From: Lingula anatina
Taxonomy: Eukaryota; Animalia; Brachiopoda
NCBI GenBank assembly: GCA_051362555.1
Contig: CM120640.1
Span: 38,211,967 to 38,275,966, forward strand
Length of the DNA stretch: 64,000 bases
Direction: 5' to 3'
The translations under genes and the position numbers were made by a program. Shown piece after piece: positions 27,001 through 39,150 of the stretch (position 1 is the stretch's first letter; each line of letters starts with the position of its first letter). Under the pieces are notes generated by a model, which was not told where the DNA came from, did no database searches, and saw nothing but the letters and a program-made list of their open reading frames with translations.

Positions 27001-28200
27001 TTTTGGCCAGGTAGGGATGAAAATTTTTTTCTTCATTATAGTGTCAGGTAGGTGTGTTTGGTCATTTGTAGTAAGAATAAAGTGCTGGAAGAGTGGTGGT
27101 GTCAACATTAAGGAAGACATAGAGCAAAAACTGTGTCTCCCCCCCCCCCCTCAGATTCTGTTCTCAGAGCTCATTTTTGGATCATCTTTAAAGCTAGAAT
27201 TGGGGTCCTTGATGAAGTGACCCGGGCGCGTTTCCACATTTTTTATGAATGACAGGTGTGGTAGATTGATTTTCGTCACTTTTTGGAAAAATCTGAGACG
27301 GGTCGATTTTTGGTGATTTTGAGTGATTTTGATCAGTGCCGGCACTGTGAGATTTCTTCAATTTTGGCCAGGTAGGGATGAAAAATTTTTTTCTTCATTA
27401 TAGTGTCAGGTAGGTGTGTTCGGTCATTTGTAGTAAGAATAAAGTGCTGGAAGAGTGGTGGTGTCAACATTAAGGAAGAAATAGAGCAAAAACTGTGTCT
27501 CCCCCCCCCCCTCAGATTCTGTTCTCAGAGCTTATTTTTGGATCATCTTTAAAGCTAGAATTGAGGGCCTTGATGAAGTGACCCGGTCGCGTTTCCACAT
27601 TTTTTATGAATGACAGGTGTGGTAGATTGATTTTTTGCACTTTTTGAAAAAATCGGAGACCGGTCGATTTTTGGTGATTTTGAGTGATTTTGATCAGTGC
27701 CGGCACTGTGAGATTTCTTCAATTTTGGCCAGGTAGGGATGAAAATTTTTTTCTTCATTATAGTGTCAGGTAGGTGTGTTTGGTCATTTGTAGTAAGAAT
27801 AAAGTGCTGGAAGAGTGGTGTTGTCATCATTAAGGAAGACATAGAGCAAAAACTCTGTCTCCCCCCCTCTCCGATTCTGATCTCGGCGCTTATTTTTGGA
27901 TCATCTTAAAAGATAGAATTGGGGTCCTTGATGAAGTGACCCGGGCGTATTTCCACATTTTTTATGAATGATAGGTGTGATAGATTGATTTTCATGACAT
28001 TTTTTTTATTTTGATTGATTTTCATAAGTGCCAGCCATGTGAGATTTCTTCAATTTTGGCCATTTACGGATGTAAAATTTTTTTTTTCATTATAGTGTCA
28101 GGTTGGTGTGTTTGGTCATTTGTAGTAAGCATAAAATGCTGGAAGAGTGGTGGTGTCAACATTATTGAAGAAATAGAGCAAAAACTATGTATACAGATTC
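1..28200. repeat. Satellite DNA array (left), ~363-bp head-to-tail monomer, ~77 copies, degenerating over the last ~350 bp
   Basis: The unit GGCCAGGTAGGGATGAAAAATTTT...GTGCCGGCACTGTGAGATTTCTTCAATTTT recurs every ~360-370 bp (ORF-track starts 270, 634, 994, 1358...). Length differences come mostly from a poly-C tract. Similarity fades at ~27850-28200. Confidence 0.99.
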
Positions 28201-29590
28201 CTGCTATATTATTATTTTATCTTTAATTTATCGAATTTTATGATGCCTTTCCTATATACATAGTCCTTTTTTAAAATAATTACCGTATCAGTTTTTTAAA
28301 ACTTAGAACAAAAGTTTTCAGTTTGTCTGTCTTTTTTATTCCAGCAATTTCAGCAGCCATTACTGTTCCCGAGACACCTTGCCTGTGCTATCAAACGAAT
28401 ACTGTTACTTACAGCACAGGAGCACCAAAGAGTTTGAAGAGTGCTTTACAAGTCATCAGTCAAATTAAGCAGAAATGGTCTTAGCTTTGCAAACCGGTGT
28501 CAAAGGGTCAAATCAAGTATTCCAAGCCTTCCAAGGACTAGTATGATGTAAGTCAGTATGGACAATATATTAAAGGTCCAAAAGCATCAAAGTCTTTAAG
28601 GTACTCGCCCCACGCCGCAGCATGTCATCGAAGAAATGACCCCTTGATGATAGGGATATGGATTGCAAGTGTTCTGGAGGCTCCAAGACAACTGTCTATA
28701 GCAGGTTCTGGTACTTGCATAGTGGGTCTTCAAACCCTTGGTATAGAAAGTACAAACCAGCAGCTTTAATCTGGAAGTTAAAAAGAAAAAACAGCCATAA
28801 GTCCATGCATTAAAATCATGTTGAAATCTCTTTTTGGAAATTAGAAAAACGACTATTGCAATTATTAGAGAAGGCTTAATTAACTTTGAGTGTGCATTTT
28901 TTATGAACTGATACTTCCTTGTGAACAAAAACTCTGAAAAGATTTCCACATTTTGTATTTTTGGCAATAATGAGAAATGAATGTACATTCATTGATTAAT
29001 TATTATCATTATTTATTTATTATTATTATTATTATTTTTTTTTTTGCTATTTCCACTTGAGGGTGCTTACGCAAATTTGGCAGATTTCCCAAGTTTTGGG
29101 TTAAAAGCACAATGTTGTTATTTTGGGTCTTTATGAGGTAATGTGATTTTGTCAGCATATTAGTTAAATGAACAACTTTGTCTGGATGCCCCACTCCTGC
29201 CTCAAATGAGATTTTAAAAGAAAACATCAATATCTATAAAGACAGGTTTTAATGCTTATTTTGAACACATTTCACATAAATCACATTTCACATGATGATC
29301 TGGGCTGATTTTGTCAAAGTTAAAGAAACCCCATTTTGAACACTGATGACAATTTAAGTAAAACCATGTTACTCATGGATCTCTATCTTACAGAAAAGGT
29401 AAATTGGACTGAAATACAGCTTGAGTTAGAAAACTGAACTGATTGCATTCTTTTTCTGAGAGTTATTTATTTATTTAATTATCATCATTATTATTATTTA
29501 TTATTATTATTTTCAAAATATTTTTTCACATATTAACATATTAGCATTTTCTTCGTGAGACTTGGAACTCCCACGGGATGAAATTCCAGC

Positions 29591-29845
29591 TCCAACTCTC
29601 AAGCCCCTGGGGAGCTTTTTGAAATAATATAAAGATGAAATTTGGGTCTTTTTAAAATAATCAAAATAATGATGTCAGGAAGGTGTGTTTTGTTTTTTCT
29701 AGCCATCCACAGGTAAATTGTTTTTTTTTTTTCAATATTTCTTGTGAATTAAAAAAATATTTTTCCATCCCCCTCCCCAACCTCAAACCCCTGAGGAGCT
29801 TTTTGAAGTACTATAAAGATGCAATTTGGGGATTTAATGATGAGA
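29591..29845 (+). repeat. Diverged direct repeat (184-bp spacing) with similarity to the satellite monomer
   Basis: CCAACTCTCAAGCCCCTGGGGAGCTTTTTGAAATAATATAAAGATGAAATTTGGG (~29592) versus CCAACCTCAAACCCCTGAGGAGCTTTTTGAAGTACTATAAAGATGCAATTTGGG (~29777). TGTCAGGAAGGTGTGTT (~29673) matches satellite TGTCAGGTAGGTGTGTT. Confidence 0.65.
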
Positions 29846-30714
29846 TGTTGATATGTTTAGACAATTATTGTGAATGATCCCTTTCCGTCTCAGCACTGAT
29901 ACTCCTCCGCACCATTACTCCCTCGCACCGATAGGCCTATACTACCCCTTACACTCCATCGACCTCACCCGCATCTTAAAGCTCCTGCAACGATACTCTC
30001 TCACAGCCTTTGCAATTGGTTAAAACTGCTACCAACAAAACACAATGATTGATCTAAAAACTCTCGAAATACTATTTTTCCGAAAGTGCACCACCCTCTT
30101 GGGACCCAAAAGTGACACATTTCATTAGAAATATTGTGGAAAAATAAGGGAATTACTAAAGTTGGTCTGCTTAGTAACAAAGTACATAGTCGATCAAATA
30201 TGTATGCAGCTCGGCTTTGTGATTATTAAGAAATATCTGTATACTTCACTTCGTTCTTCAACAGTGGTTACTGTATACAATATGTGCATCTTCTTCTTGA
30301 TTTGTTTATTAATTATTTTACTAAAAGTATGTTTTTAACAGAAGATAGCAAAGACGACATAATCTTTTCTTCAGGGGCCACTCTATTCGTAAAAGAAATT
30401 GAAACAACAACAACAACAAAAAAAAACATTGTTTAAGCGAGAAATTACCGCCTTTGTCCTCCTGGAAATGTGAGATTCTACAATTTACGCTGTCCTTGGG
30501 CGATTGTAGGAACCACTGACTGAACACCTACAGTATAATGCGCTTAAATTACTGTTTTTTTCTTTACGGTTCTGTTTGTAATAGAAATCTAGCACAGAAA
30601 AAATTACAACTTGAATGTAACATCATAAATCCTTAAAAATGGTAACAAATCCGATTGTGTTTATTGCCAGTATGCAGCAAGATCGTTATTAAGAAATCAA
30701 TAACGAACAGCTCT

Positions 30715-30750
30715 CAGGGGCGAATCCAGGATTCCGAAGACTAGGTGGTT
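30715..30750 (+). mobile_element. Terminal fragment of a CAGGGGCGGATCCAG-type MITE
   Basis: CAGGGGCGAATCCAGGATT matches the terminus seen at 32212, 35832 and (inverted) ~45750-45764. Confidence 0.5.
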
Positions 30751-31647
30751 AGTTTTTATTGACCCCGCTTCTACGTGGACGGAACGGTTCATTTTTAACA
30801 TTGAATAAATTAATTGAATTAATATTCATTAAAATTAAATCAAATAAAATAACGATGCATGATGATTAGTAATGCAAGATTTATGCCGCAAAGTCGCTTG
30901 TCAGACTACATCTAAGATGATCTCACGACATACTCGGGTATGGCTGTTTAGATGTAGGGGGTAGAGGCACTATTTGAAGGCAGCTGAAGGAAAAAATCGA
31001 AAGGAGTTCGATGGCATTTAGCATTACATGGTCCATTTCTCAGTAAAGAATACTAAATAAAGAAATTATACATACTTCAGGATGGCTCACTGCGGTTTTG
31101 TGTCCACACATAGGCAACCAGTAATTCGGACTCTACTAGCGATAATGTAAACACACCTTGAATGCCCATTTATATATTTGCTTTTCTAGTTAAACTTAGC
31201 AATGTGTATTAATTTTGTTCGAAAAAAAAAGCATTCCACTGTAATTTGCGACCGCGTCCATGTGCACCAATGCAGGCCTATTCTATTTATGGAGATGGTC
31301 ACATAATCAGCAAAACGGAAACTTAACTGGTACATGTACAAGTTTCGAAATAAAATGTTTGTCAAACCTTTATAATATCTAGAGCTTTTGTTGTTTGAAA
31401 CATGTTTAACTAAAATGTAAGAAAAACGAAAAAAGTAAGCAGCAAGCTGGTAGGCAGTAAGTGAAAGCCTGGTCTGAACACTGAATTTCTAGGTAACCAT
31501 GTATTTTTCACACCCCCTAATTTCATTTCCACAACGATCCGTGAATGAGGTTAAAAAGCAATAACATACCTGTGTGACAGGACAAAATGCTTTGTTTATT
31601 ACGCCACTTTATCTTGTCAAATGAAGCATGAATTTGAAAAACCATGA

Positions 31648-31995
31648 AAACTAGAGGATCAGAGAGGTGATACCGCCTGAGGGTATTGTACCACCAGCTG
31701 GAGTAAGCTCATTCGTATAGAAAAGTGAAAAAAGGGACACCACCTCCAGTGTTGTGCTTGACAAGCTCTACATGCAGTAAGCAAAAGTTCTAAATAGTTT
31801 TGTTGAAAATTACCATTTAAAACAAAATCATGAGGAAAAGTAAAAGTTTAAATTCAAATTTGTGAAGTGCAGTTCATGGCAAAAAGTAGGTCAAAGCTCA
31901 ATTTCAAGAACACAGATTGTCAGCATATGACTGCCTATTCAAGTTCAATAGTGATTATGGGCATATCTCTGGTAGTTTTGGAGATAGAAAAGTTG
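31648..31995 (+). mobile_element. Possible non-autonomous Helentron/HINE-like fragment
   Basis: Begins AAACTAGAG and contains AAGTAGGTCAAAG and TAGTTTTGGAGATA, which resemble HINE-type repeats of marine invertebrates. Recognised by eye only. Confidence 0.3.
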
Positions 31996-32211
31996 CAAAG
32001 TTGCGCGGCTCATTATAAAATCGCCACCTTTTAAAATTTCCAGGTGTACTAAGTGCACGTGGTTTGCAGATTAATTTTAGCCATTAAGAGCGTTAGATTG
32101 AAACCTTTTGCCGCTACAAATACAACAACTTGATTGATATCTTAGGCGATTATCAAAAACAGACAATAGCAAGAATCACTTACCTGCTGTAGGTTACAAG
32201 GGCGACCAACC

Positions 32212-32428
32212 CAGGGGCGGGACTAGGATTATTTGAAGGGGGGTCCACGGATGCAAAACCGACCCTTATCTTAGAGGGCGAACGGTGCTATTTGGTACTT
32301 TTTAGAACTATGATTCGGCTAGAGAAAATACTTATTTCATAAGGGGACCATCGGTGTGATTATTTTTAGAAACTGAAGGGGAGGAGGTCAGGACCCCCTG
32401 ACCCCCCCCCCCTCCCAATCCACCACTG
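32212..32428 (+). mobile_element. MITE / non-autonomous DNA transposon (~217 bp)
   Basis: Imperfect TIRs CAGGGGCGGGACTAGG ... CCCAATCCACCACTG. The interior (CAAAACCGACCCT, AGAGGG, GAAGGGGAGGAGGTCAGGACCCCCTGAC) is homologous to the 35832-36105 copy. Confidence 0.7.
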
Positions 32429-33033
32429 CAACTACCAATGGACCTCGGTGGACACAGGTTAATTACATATCTGGCATTTGTGTCATAGGTTGTGCATTTA
32501 AGCTTTAAACTTAAGTTTTATAAATATTAAAGTACCTACCCTTTAACGCGAAGTAAGAATCACGGTCAGCCACCTTTGTTTATGAGACAGTAATCAGAGT
32601 TACGCCGACGACCATCACCTGATCTATTGAATTAAACGAGTGGAGTAGTAACGAACCCTTGGAACGAATTTGAGAAATAAGCAAACCTGACTTTATCGAG
32701 TGTAGGGGAGTTCGATTTTCTAAAAAAAGTATATTATATTTATAAAAATTCAGTCGGGGTCGAAACTCCCCGCCCCCACCGACCCTCCTAAATCCACCAC
32801 TGGCACAAATCTTTTGTCCTGTACCACCTTAACTGCGTCACGTCCAGCTCGATGTAGCGAGTCAATAGAAATATAATTTCAATCGGTTGACGAGAGGAAT
32901 TAAAGTGAAATTAATTTCTCTCTGGTTATGACACGCCAGAAGAGGGCGGGATTGGTGTAGGGGAGTTTTCGTGTCATTTAGGCGATTGACACGGTACTGT
33001 TAACACGCTTATGATTACGACTCCGTAGACGAC

Positions 33034-33560
33034 ATGGTTGATGAGTCCAGTGGAGGCGAACACTTTACCTTGGCTGATGTAATGAAAAAAATGGAAAGTA
33101 AAAAGAAAGAGACGAAAGACTATTTCGACCAGAGACTGTCTACATTTAATGCCGAAGCCGGTAAAAACTGAAAGTCACAATATTTATCTTGGAAAATAGA
33201 AGGTAATCACCAGCAATTTGACTCAACAGTATTTGAAAATAAGATTATTGTGGTGAACAAACTGACAGTGCCTTACAGTCTTGGCAAGAGAAACAAACTT
33301 ATCAGAATTGCTGACACTTTCGACACTGTTAAGGAACATACTGTTAATCCTCTTGCTTGTGATTCTGAGAGCGAGAGAGCTACAAAGAAAATAAAAGAAA
33401 ACAAAAAGGGAGCCTAAAAAATAAGGTTATATCAGCAGACCGACCGATAGGTGTGGTGGGCGATACTTCTCAGCGGAGAAGTCTTTATCGCAGCAGCGGG
33501 TCGTGACTTTGCTTAGCTTGTTGAGGAAAGGGCCATTTCATGCTTGAGTGACCAACTTAC
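33034..33560 (+). pseudogene. Degenerate gag-like ORF1 of a DIRS-order retrotransposon
   Basis: Manual translation from ATG 33034 gives MVDESSGGEHFTLADVMKK..., WKIEGNHQQF, KRNKLIRIADT..TVKEH..NPLACDSESE and a broken CCHC knuckle (CLAC*GKGHFMLE*P, ~33510-33555). Contains stops and frameshifts. Confidence 0.7.
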
Positions 33561-33734
33561 AGAGGGGAAAGTTATTCTACCAGAGTCCAACCCCAGAGAT
33601 AAGGGAACATCTGGAATGGGATAGAAGGGGGAAGCATTGAAAAATAGATAAGTACCCGGTACATGTATGAGTGCGTTAGTTTCAATCAAGAGTTGCATAA
33701 TTATGATCATGAGCAAAATCAGAAATTCATACCC

Positions 33735-35240
33735 GTGAAAAGTAGGTTAAGAACCAATTTAAGTTTTTGGGAAGAAGTAGGGTATTCATTTTTTATTCTA
33801 GACTTGATAAAAATGGTTATAAATTTCCGTTTATAGCAACACCCTGTGGGATGAGGAAAGATAACAGCTTTCACCATTGAAAAATAAGTTTTTTGTTAAA
33901 AAGCTATTCTTGAATTGAAAAAGATGCCTTTGATTAAAAGGTGTAGCAAACAACCAATTGTTGATAACCCTTAAACAGAAGCAGTGCATAGCAGTGAAAA
34001 AAATAGATTGATTTTAGATGTACGAGAAGTAAACAAACATGTCTGTAAGCAGTCTGGTAGTTACGGACATTTGAGAACGGCTCTTATGTTTATGAATCTG
34101 TGTGGTTGGTTGATTAAATTTGATTCAGCTAATCAACATCTAGATATCTATTATCCTCATACGGATTATTGAGGTTTTTCATGGAAAATTCAAGATCAGC
34201 AGATTTATTTTTGATTCTTAGTTCTTCCATTTGGGTTATCATTAGCACTTAATATTTTTTTCAAAATTGACTTGGCAATTAATCAAAGAATGGTTCGATG
34301 TAATTGGATGACGGTCTGTGGTACTGCAGTAACATAGATAGATTGGAGCATCAGGGTGCTGAGATCAAAGATGATATTGCTAAGTCAGGTTTTATGTAAA
34401 TATATGAGAATACTATTTGGTCGTAGGTACAGAGTCTGGCATTTATAGGCATCGAAATAGATATTAGTATTGGGGAAATCAAAGTTCTTGATATTAGATT
34501 AGCAAGTGCTAAGAGATCTGACATTATATTCGCACGAAAGTGAGCAGAGGTCTGGCTATGTCGGTCGGATTATACTATGTCTCATGTGTTGGGAAGTATA
34601 ACGCAACTAATGACAAATTATATTAGCATGGTTATTTCAAGTGCTTTTTCTTAGAATCAGAAAATGTGTGTGAAAGCATGCAGTCAAATTAGACCTTGGT
34701 GTAGTAAATCAGAATTTTACAGTTTTCACCTCAGTGCAATAAGGTAGTTTATTCTGATGCTAGTAGTACTGGGTTTGGAGGATATTGTGTGGAGACACCT
34801 AAAAGGGTGTGTTGCGGGGAATGGTCAGCTGACGAAGCGACGGAGAGCTCTACTTACAGAGAACTGATAGCTGTTTTCAGGGTCTGTTCTCCATGGCAAA
34901 CACGTTGAGTGTTTTGAGATTGAAGTGGTTTTCTGATAGCAAAGATGTTGTAAACATTAAAGAAAAAAGTAGCATGAGGAGTAAATTACAACCTATTATT
35001 TTAGATGTTTTTCTTCTAATGGAGTTATTCAATAGAAATGAAAGGATACTGAGAGAAGAGAATACCCATGCAGATTATATAAGTAGAAGTGTGGATGTTG
35101 ACAATTGGGGTATTTCTAAAGAATTATTCTCACATTTTGATAAGATATGGGGTCCTCATGAAGTGGATTGGTTTACGTCCTGCTACAATGCTTAAGTACA
35201 GGTACATATTTTTACTCTAGATTTTAGAATTCAGGAACAG
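33735..35240 (+). mobile_element. Degenerate RT-RNase H plus start of the methyltransferase-like domain of a DIRS-order (PAT/DIRS1-like) retrotransposon, 3'-truncated before YR
   Basis: Motifs in order: VKSRLRTNLSFWEEVG..FILDLIKNGYKFPF; NP..SEKNRLILDVREVN; VLPFGLS; *LDDG at 34301 (YLDD with Y changed to stop); VYSDASSTGFGGY; SSTYRELIAV; KWFSD; REENTHADYISR; WGPHEVDWF...YNA; FYSRF. Many stops and frameshifts. Confidence 0.9.
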
Positions 35241-35831
35241 TGAATGGGACACGCGTCATTTACGGATCTATCCTGGTCCTCAGATCAAATTCAGTCTCTT
35301 ATTTCTACCAATGAGTTACAACAGACTCCTTGTTTCTATATTGTTTCCGACAGACTATTCTGGTCCTTCACCTGTAAATATCCATCATGACGTAATCAAA
35401 TGTGGCACCGAAACGTGCCCTTGGCTGACTCTGTTATGGTCTCAAAATTTTTGAAGCTTTAAGCTTTTAGATGCTACTTAGTTTCTTATTGAAAAGTCGA
35501 GATATAGAGGTGGCAATTGGCTTTTGATAAATCGGGTTAAATCGTATTTATGCCCAGTAAAAGTTCTTGAAAATATTTAGATTTCATTGGTAGGCCTCGA
35601 TCCTAGCTACAGCTTTTCAAATTTACATGGCCTATTTTAAATATAATATCGTTGAGTTACAATGACAGTTATGTATGAAAATTGTATAACGACGAGGGGG
35701 AGTATCGGTGCGGGTACAACAGTAATTTATGAATACATTTTACAGTATTATGGAATATACATGTATATTAGCGCCCGTGGTCTTATTGATCAATTAATGT
35801 GTGAATGAATAAGTCAAATCCACATGTACAT

Positions 35832-36105
35832 CTGGGGCGGATCCAGGATTTTTTGGAAGGGTGGTGGTGTTTTTTTTACAGATTGACAAGGCCTCGGAGT
35901 TCAAGACCGACCCTCACCCCTTTGGAGTTATGTTTGGGGCACGCTCGAGGGCCACGAAAAAGGGTGTTTTAGAGGGAAAATATCTCCATTTGATACGGTT
36001 TATAACTGTTATTCAGCTATAGATTTTGGGTGTAATTTTTTTATCAGAAATCGAAGGGAGGAGGGGGTCTGGATCCCCCCTGACACCCCCTCTTTATCCG
36101 CCATG
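35832..36105 (+). mobile_element. MITE / non-autonomous DNA transposon (~274 bp), same family as 32212-32428
   Basis: Termini CTGGGGCGGATCCAGGATTTTTTGGAAGGG ... CCCCCTCTTTATCCGCCATG. ATGTACAT occurs at both ends (possible target duplication). Confidence 0.72.
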
Positions 36106-37765
36106 TACATGTATTAGACCGTGAACATTCGTGAACAGTTTCAACCACAGTCCCTCGCCTGAAATGAGCCATGCCTGTCTGTAATTTGCATAACAATTAC
36201 TTGATCATCGTAGTGCGAGCTGTATTTCCGAATGCTCAGTAGGCAGTAGGACACAGCTAGGTGAAGACGCAATGTTCAACGTGCGGGTGCAGTCGCAACG
36301 CAGTCGTATGAGGCGTAGAAGCAAATGCATGTTTCGTAAGTAGCACTTTTTCTTCAGTATCGTATGTCAGTTGATAGAAAGAGAGTAGAAAAATGCAAAG
36401 AAATTTGCGACGAGTATTTACGGGTATGTTACTACTCTTTGTTGTCGCTGTCGCCTGTCGTTTCTGTTATGCCACTCAAAATATTATTTAGCAAATTAGT
36501 AAATGGGCATATTACCACAAAGATCACGGACATATTTACATGATGGTACCGTACTTGTCACAGTTCCGAGCTTTTGATCCTAAGACAAGCGTGCCCCATG
36601 AACGATAGTCAGTTTTAGTAGGTTTGTTAATTTTATTATACATGTACCTGTAAAATGCTTGTAAGCAGTGTTGAAACACAGGGAAATGATTTATTCTAAA
36701 GCGAAATATGGTTCCCAAACGCGTGATGCAAAGCGATTTTAGATATTACAACTTTATATAGTAGGTAAAATAAATAAATAGTGATAACCTACACAAACTA
36801 GAGGAGTGTTTTCAATATTTATTTTTTTTCAAAGCAAGATATCTGAAATATCTTTATTACTAACTTCAGGTCTTAAATGTGGCGTTAGGCAACATAGAAT
36901 CGATTGCTTTTTTGGGGTGCTATCTGAGCCTGAACTATGGACAAGTCAGATATTGTTGATATTACCTTCTTATTTCAGAAGTCCACTGAGATACTGAGAA
37001 CTGCACGGCACCTGGCTGCTAGCAACCAAGCCTGTCATTCACCCTCTGGAACCCTACGCACATCCATGCATCTTTTGTTTTAAAATTGAATAAATACGTT
37101 TGTCATTCCTTGTTTTCTTATTCACTTCCATATGAAATGATGATAAAATATTAATAATAATAATAGAGGGTTAGGGGTAAAATTGTAAAGATATTATTGT
37201 TTGAGCACTTTCAAATTAAATCTGCTAAAACTGATCTGTAAGCATTGTGTTTGGGATTGATGATTTCTCCAGTAACAGAGGATGTCGTAAATCGAAAGGA
37301 TTAAAAGTTTTGTTAATATGCCCAGTATTTTGTAAATAATTGAGAGCATTTTAAGAATACATCTACAGGATTTCCAACAGCCCACATTTATAAATACAAT
37401 TTGTATGAATTTACGATATTGCTTTTTTAAAAATCTGTCCTACATTTTTTATAGTGAGACGGGTTTTTTAATATCTATTTATAAATTAGTTCATCCTCCC
37501 AGATAAAATTTTCTTAATTTAATATAAGTCCATATTCTAAGGGTTTTGGTTTGCTAGAGAAAATTGTTTCAAATTTCACAACCTTCTCATCAGACGAACG
37601 CTTCAATTTTAAATTAAAACGGAAATATAAGAGATCTTGACACACTTTTGAAATGGGAACAATGAAATTTGCTCCTCCACCCAAAACTTAGAACTGCATA
37701 TTCTGATATGTTTGAAAATGTCTCATTAAAATCATAATTAAAATAAATTGATCCTTTGATATAAA

Positions 37766-38260
37766 GAAATGGACTCGCCCCACCTGTCACCCCTCAAATC
37801 GAATGGACTTGTCCCACCTGTCACCCCTCAGATGAAATGGACTCGCCCCACCTGTCACCCCTCAGATGGAATGGACTCGCCCCACCTGTCACCCCTAAGA
37901 TGAAATGGACTCGTCCCACCTGTCACCCCTAAGATGAAATGGACTCGCCCCACCTGTCACCCCTCAGATGGAATGGACTCGCCCCACCTGTCACCCCTAA
38001 GATGGAATGGACTCGTCCCACCTGTCACCCCTCAGATGGAATGGACTCGCCCCACCTGTCACCCCTCATATGGAATGGACTCGCCCCACCTGTCACCCCT
38101 CAGATGGAATGGACTCGCCCCACCTGTCACCCCTCAGATGAAATGGACTCGCTCCACCTGTCACCCCTAAGATGAAATGGACTCGCCCCACCTGTCACCC
38201 CTCATATGGAATGGACTCGTCCCACCTGTCACCCCTCAAATCGAATGGACTCGACCCACT
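37766..38260. repeat. 34-bp minisatellite, 14 full units plus a partial unit
   Basis: Unit GRAATGGACTCGYCCCACCTGTCACCCCTMAGAT. ATGGACT occurs at 37769, 37803 ... 38245, an exact 34-bp period. Confidence 0.98.
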
Positions 38261-38594
38261 TGAAAACTTTCAATGCATGTCAGTGGTGGGTGGAAGGGTA
38301 TCACGTGATTTTCGGGAGCCAATGAAAAAAGCAGGAATTTTACACTCAGTTATAGGTAAACAAAATGGCACGTTCGACGCACCGGGGAGGATCGTTTATT
38401 TAGGAGGCATGCACATAAATTTGGTGGGTATTTTAAAAGCATTTTACTATTTACAACGATCAGTACCATCTCAACTTAACTCATGTGAAGTGATTTTCAA
38501 GTGTTTGGTCTGTTTATGTTTTTATGACAATTTAAACTAGGCATAGCTTCATATGTAGTTTGACAATTGTAAACTGAAGTTTTCACACCACAAG

Positions 38595-39150
38595 CCTTCT
38601 TTCAAGTGAAATATCTCGAAAAGCACTCGGACGATTTTTTTCCAACTTTTCAGTAATGTTGCTCATTTATTTGTCGACAAAAAGTGCCGATGGCACCCGA
38701 TGGCACCCCTGGATCTTTGGAGTTATAGACGGTATAATCCTTCATACCCAATTACGACCATTTTTGTAGGAATGCGTCTTTATAATGTTAAACTCCCTCA
38801 TTAAAAAGCATATATCTGAAAAAGTAAACGGTAGATTTTTTTCCAAATCTTAATCTGACGTTTTTCGTGTACCTTTTTACATAATATGTAGCCTGCAACT
38901 GACAGCACCCCTGGGTCTTGGGATATATAGACAATGCAGTGCCATGGCAAATTACGGCCATTTTTGTTTGAGTGAATTTTGGATCACGCAGACCCCGTCT
39001 TTCAAATCGAATATCTGAAAAAGCAATCGGACAATTATTTTCAAAATTGTCTGAAATGTTGCTTAGATATTGGTTAGCAAAAAGAGCCTATGGCACCCAA
39101 TGGCACCCCAGGATCTTGAGAATTATAGGCTGTATATAGTGCATGCCAAA
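38595..39150. repeat. Degenerate ~200-bp tandem repeat, about 3 copies (HINE/Helentron internal-repeat-like)
   Basis: ATATCT(C)GAAAAG...GATTTTTTTCCAA...GCACCCCTGGRTCTT..GA.TTATAG recurs at ~38612, ~38812 and ~39012. Confidence 0.8.

Noticed and set aside
1-28200. Tandem 5S rRNA, tRNA or snRNA gene array
   Set aside because: No recognisable 5S, tRNA cloverleaf or snRNA sequence in the monomer by eye. An Rfam/Infernal scan would be the formal test.
28330-28990. Possible exon after a TTTTTTATTCCAG acceptor, and the 130-aa minus-strand ORF 28596-28988
   Set aside because: No sustained plus-strand frame and no recognisable motif in either translation.
37166-37180. Telomere-like GGGTTAGGGGTAA
   Set aside because: Only a single TTAGGG, expected by chance.
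37766-38260. 34-bp repeat as a CRISPR array, or its 78-aa ORFs as proteins
   Set aside because: Units are directly adjacent with no unique spacers and no cas genes. The ORFs merely cycle through the three frames of the unit.
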